A stretch of DNA of 18,605 bases, the filler included, from an uncultured virus (IMG/VR IMGVR_UViG_2061766007_003026) (lineage: Duplodnaviria > Heunggongvirae > Uroviricota > Caudoviricetes). It is 2 parts of one record of this genome, joined end to end, with 100 filler letters (N's around TTAATTAATTAA, not from the genome) between each part and the next. Parts side by side here need not be neighbours in the genome. Positions count along the whole stretch, not along the records: positions 4,014 to 18,605 come from IMGVR_UViG_2061766007_003026; 1 more part is not named here. One strand, written 5' to 3'. The position numbers and the translations under genes are program-made. A model generated the notes under the pieces. That model saw only the letters and a program-made list of their open reading frames with translations. It was not told the origin of the DNA and made no database searches. Positions 17,307 to 18,605 of this stretch are shown here, piece by piece (the first letter of the stretch is position 1; each line of letters opens with the position of its first letter).

Positions 17307-17606
17307 ATGGTAAAAGAATTCCGATACGGAAACTACAATGTCAAGTACGATACCGAGGCATTGGACAAGGCGGTATCCTCGCTCAGCTTTGGCGAGGACG
17401 GGAACGCCTACGCCACGGGCATCATGAAGGACGGCTGTGAAGTCCACATCGCAATCCATTCCGGAGACGACTGGGAGGCTGACGACGATTCCGACTGCCT
17501 CACCATTCCGGCGAGCGAAATCTACGACCACACCGAGCCGACCTGCTACGACGAGTTCATCATCACGTCCATCGGCGGGTACGACGCCGAGGTGACCGAG
17601 GTATAA
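17307..17606 (+). CDS. 99-aa very acidic hypothetical protein
   Basis: AGGAG RBS; about 23 D/E versus 5 K/R. Confidence 0.8.
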   Translation: MVKEFRYGNYNVKYDTEALDKAVSSLSFGEDGNAYATGIMKDGCEVHIAIHSGDDWEADDDSDCLTIPASEIYDHTEPTCYDEFIITSIGGYDAEVTEV

Positions 17607-17615
17607 GGAGGAAGT

Positions 17616-17882
17616 ATGGCCAAACGAGCAAACCCCGTTGAGAGCGTTGAACCGACCATTGCAGAACAGACCGTAATTGACTTCCTCAAGGACAGGGGGA
17701 TTCCCGTCCCTCCCGGTTCCGTCAAGGAGTCAACCACGGGAAAAATTATTTCCTTGCCGGGAGACGGTAAGCTCAAGCTTATCCGGCAAGAAGACGGGTG
17801 GAGCTTTTTCAACTGCGGCACCGGGTGCTTCGAAGGAGGCGGGGATTGTCTCGAGGAAGCTCTGGAGGCATACTACGGTTAA
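17616..17882 (+). CDS. 88-aa hypothetical protein
   Basis: TAAGGAGG RBS overlapping the upstream stop codon. Confidence 0.8.
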   Translation: MAKRANPVESVEPTIAEQTVIDFLKDRGIPVPPGSVKESTTGKIISLPGDGKLKLIRQEDGWSFFNCGTGCFEGGGDCLEEALEAYYG

Positions 17883-17947
17883 CCCATCTCACCCACCGGG
17901 AAACCCCCGGGGACACCGGGGAGGAACCCTGAAGGAAACATTTACTC

Positions 17948-18115
17948 ATGAAGAAACCACTCAACATATCGACCCGCAATATGGTGGGTCTTATCGTAGG
18001 CAACCTTGGCGCTGCCGAAGCATTCACGGTAGCCCTGTGCTCGCCGCGTCCAGATAGCTTCGTATACCTCGGTATCGGACTTGCTCTGGGCTGCTACCTG
18101 GCAATCAGACTCTAA
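17948..18115 (+). CDS. 55-aa small membrane protein (not in ORF track)
   Basis: AAGGA RBS; MKKPLNISTRNMVGLIVGNLGAAEAFTVALCSPRPDSFVYLGIGLALGCYLAIRL*; its stop overlaps the RBS of the next gene. Confidence 0.65.
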   Translation: MKKPLNISTRNMVGLIVGNLGAAEAFTVALCSPRPDSFVYLGIGLALGCYLAIRL

Positions 18116-18126
18116 GGAGGTCAACT

Positions 18127-18405
18127 ATGAACGAAGAGGTATGGGTACTGACCAACTCCGAGGACGTGTGCGACCCGCAGGTCTTCTGGGAGGAAGACGA
18201 GGCGCACGCCGCCTTCGCCAACACGCTCAACTACGCCCTGCACAACGTGGAGGGCGTGAACGGGCTCGACCTTGACGACAGGCAATTCGATGGAACCCCC
18301 GAGGAACTCGAGGAGACTGTCAAGCCGCTCATAGGCACGGCCACATGGGCAGTAGTGAAGGGAATGGACGACTTCACCATCAACCTCACCCACTTCACGA
18401 GATAA
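18127..18405 (+). CDS. 92-aa very acidic hypothetical protein
   Basis: TAAGGAGGT RBS; about 20 D/E; hairpin GAGCCCTCCCGG-GAAA-CCGGGAGGGTTC (18423-18450). Confidence 0.8.
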   Translation: MNEEVWVLTNSEDVCDPQVFWEEDEAHAAFANTLNYALHNVEGVNGLDLDDRQFDGTPEELEETVKPLIGTATWAVVKGMDDFTINLTHFTR

Positions 18406-18586
18406 TTTTTCTAGCTCCTGCCGAGCCCTCCCGGGAAACCGGGAGGGTTCTCTGTTTCCCCCGGAATTCGACAGCAGCACGAGCGGCTGCCGGGTACCTT
18501 CCAGGAATATTTTTTATTCCACCGGGTTCCCCCCGGGGAGACCCCGGGATGGCACGGCAGGGAATAGAATGGCAAGGAGGTATGTC

Positions 18587-18605
18587 ATGGCATACAACAG
18601 TCAGA
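18587..18605 (+). CDS. 5' end of a probable paralog of 12549-13055 (MAYNSQ...)
   Basis: 41-bp leader + start (18556-18596) identical to 12518-12558; runs off the window. Confidence 0.7.

Larger units (their letters stand above)
4234..18549 (+). repeat. Dispersed 31-bp direct repeat CCACCGGG-N5-CCCGGGGA-N3-CCGGGAG, one per gene module
   Basis: Copies start at 4234, 4590, 5238, 5725, 5894, 6267, 6844, 7332, 7743, 8152, 8722, 9306, 10283, 10865, 11364, 11779, 12486, 13161, 13722, 14166, 14754, 15239, 15958, 17224, 17893, 18519. Degenerate or partial copies at ~4075, 8060, 9177. All are intergenic and on the + strand. Confidence 0.97.

Noticed and set aside
4234..18549. CRISPR array or TnpB guide array
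   Set aside because: Repeats are about 170-1270 bp apart, degenerate and separated by whole genes; no cas genes are present.
4234..18549. Canonical integron attC array
   Set aside because: No consistent RYYYAAC/GTTRRRY cores and no intI in the window; modules also carry their own terminators.

Overview
The window holds two blocks joined by an artificial linker (44 N + TTAATTAATTAA + 44 N, 3914-4013), so they need not be neighbours in vivo. Block 1 (1-3913) is an IS607-family element: serine-recombinase tnpA, then an AT-rich GIY-YIG-like/NUMOD1 endonuclease gene sitting between tnpA and tnpB, then tnpB plus variant tnpB fragments repeated across scaffold gaps. Block 2 (4014-18605) is a highly regular array of about 27 co-oriented (+) modules. 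A typical module has a conserved 31-bp GC-rich motif (consensus CCACCGGG-N5-CCCGGGGA-N3-CCGGGAG; 26 clear copies, all in the same orientation), a leader with an RBS, one (sometimes two) small unrelated ORFs and usually an intrinsic terminator. Cargo includes Zn-finger miniproteins, very acidic proteins, small membrane proteins, lipoproteins, a crAss001_48-like protein and three paralog pairs. The spacers also show CCGG sites phased at about 10-11 bp, a covarying leader hairpin, and ACCTGCC/GGCAGGT inverted ends reminiscent of attC. By inference this is a phage or other mobile-element early/accessory gene-cassette array, possibly from an FCB-group (Fibrobacter-like) host. No integrase or RNA polymerase for it is visible in the window. 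Eight 10-N gaps, several with duplicated flanks, indicate a metagenomic scaffold with strain variation.
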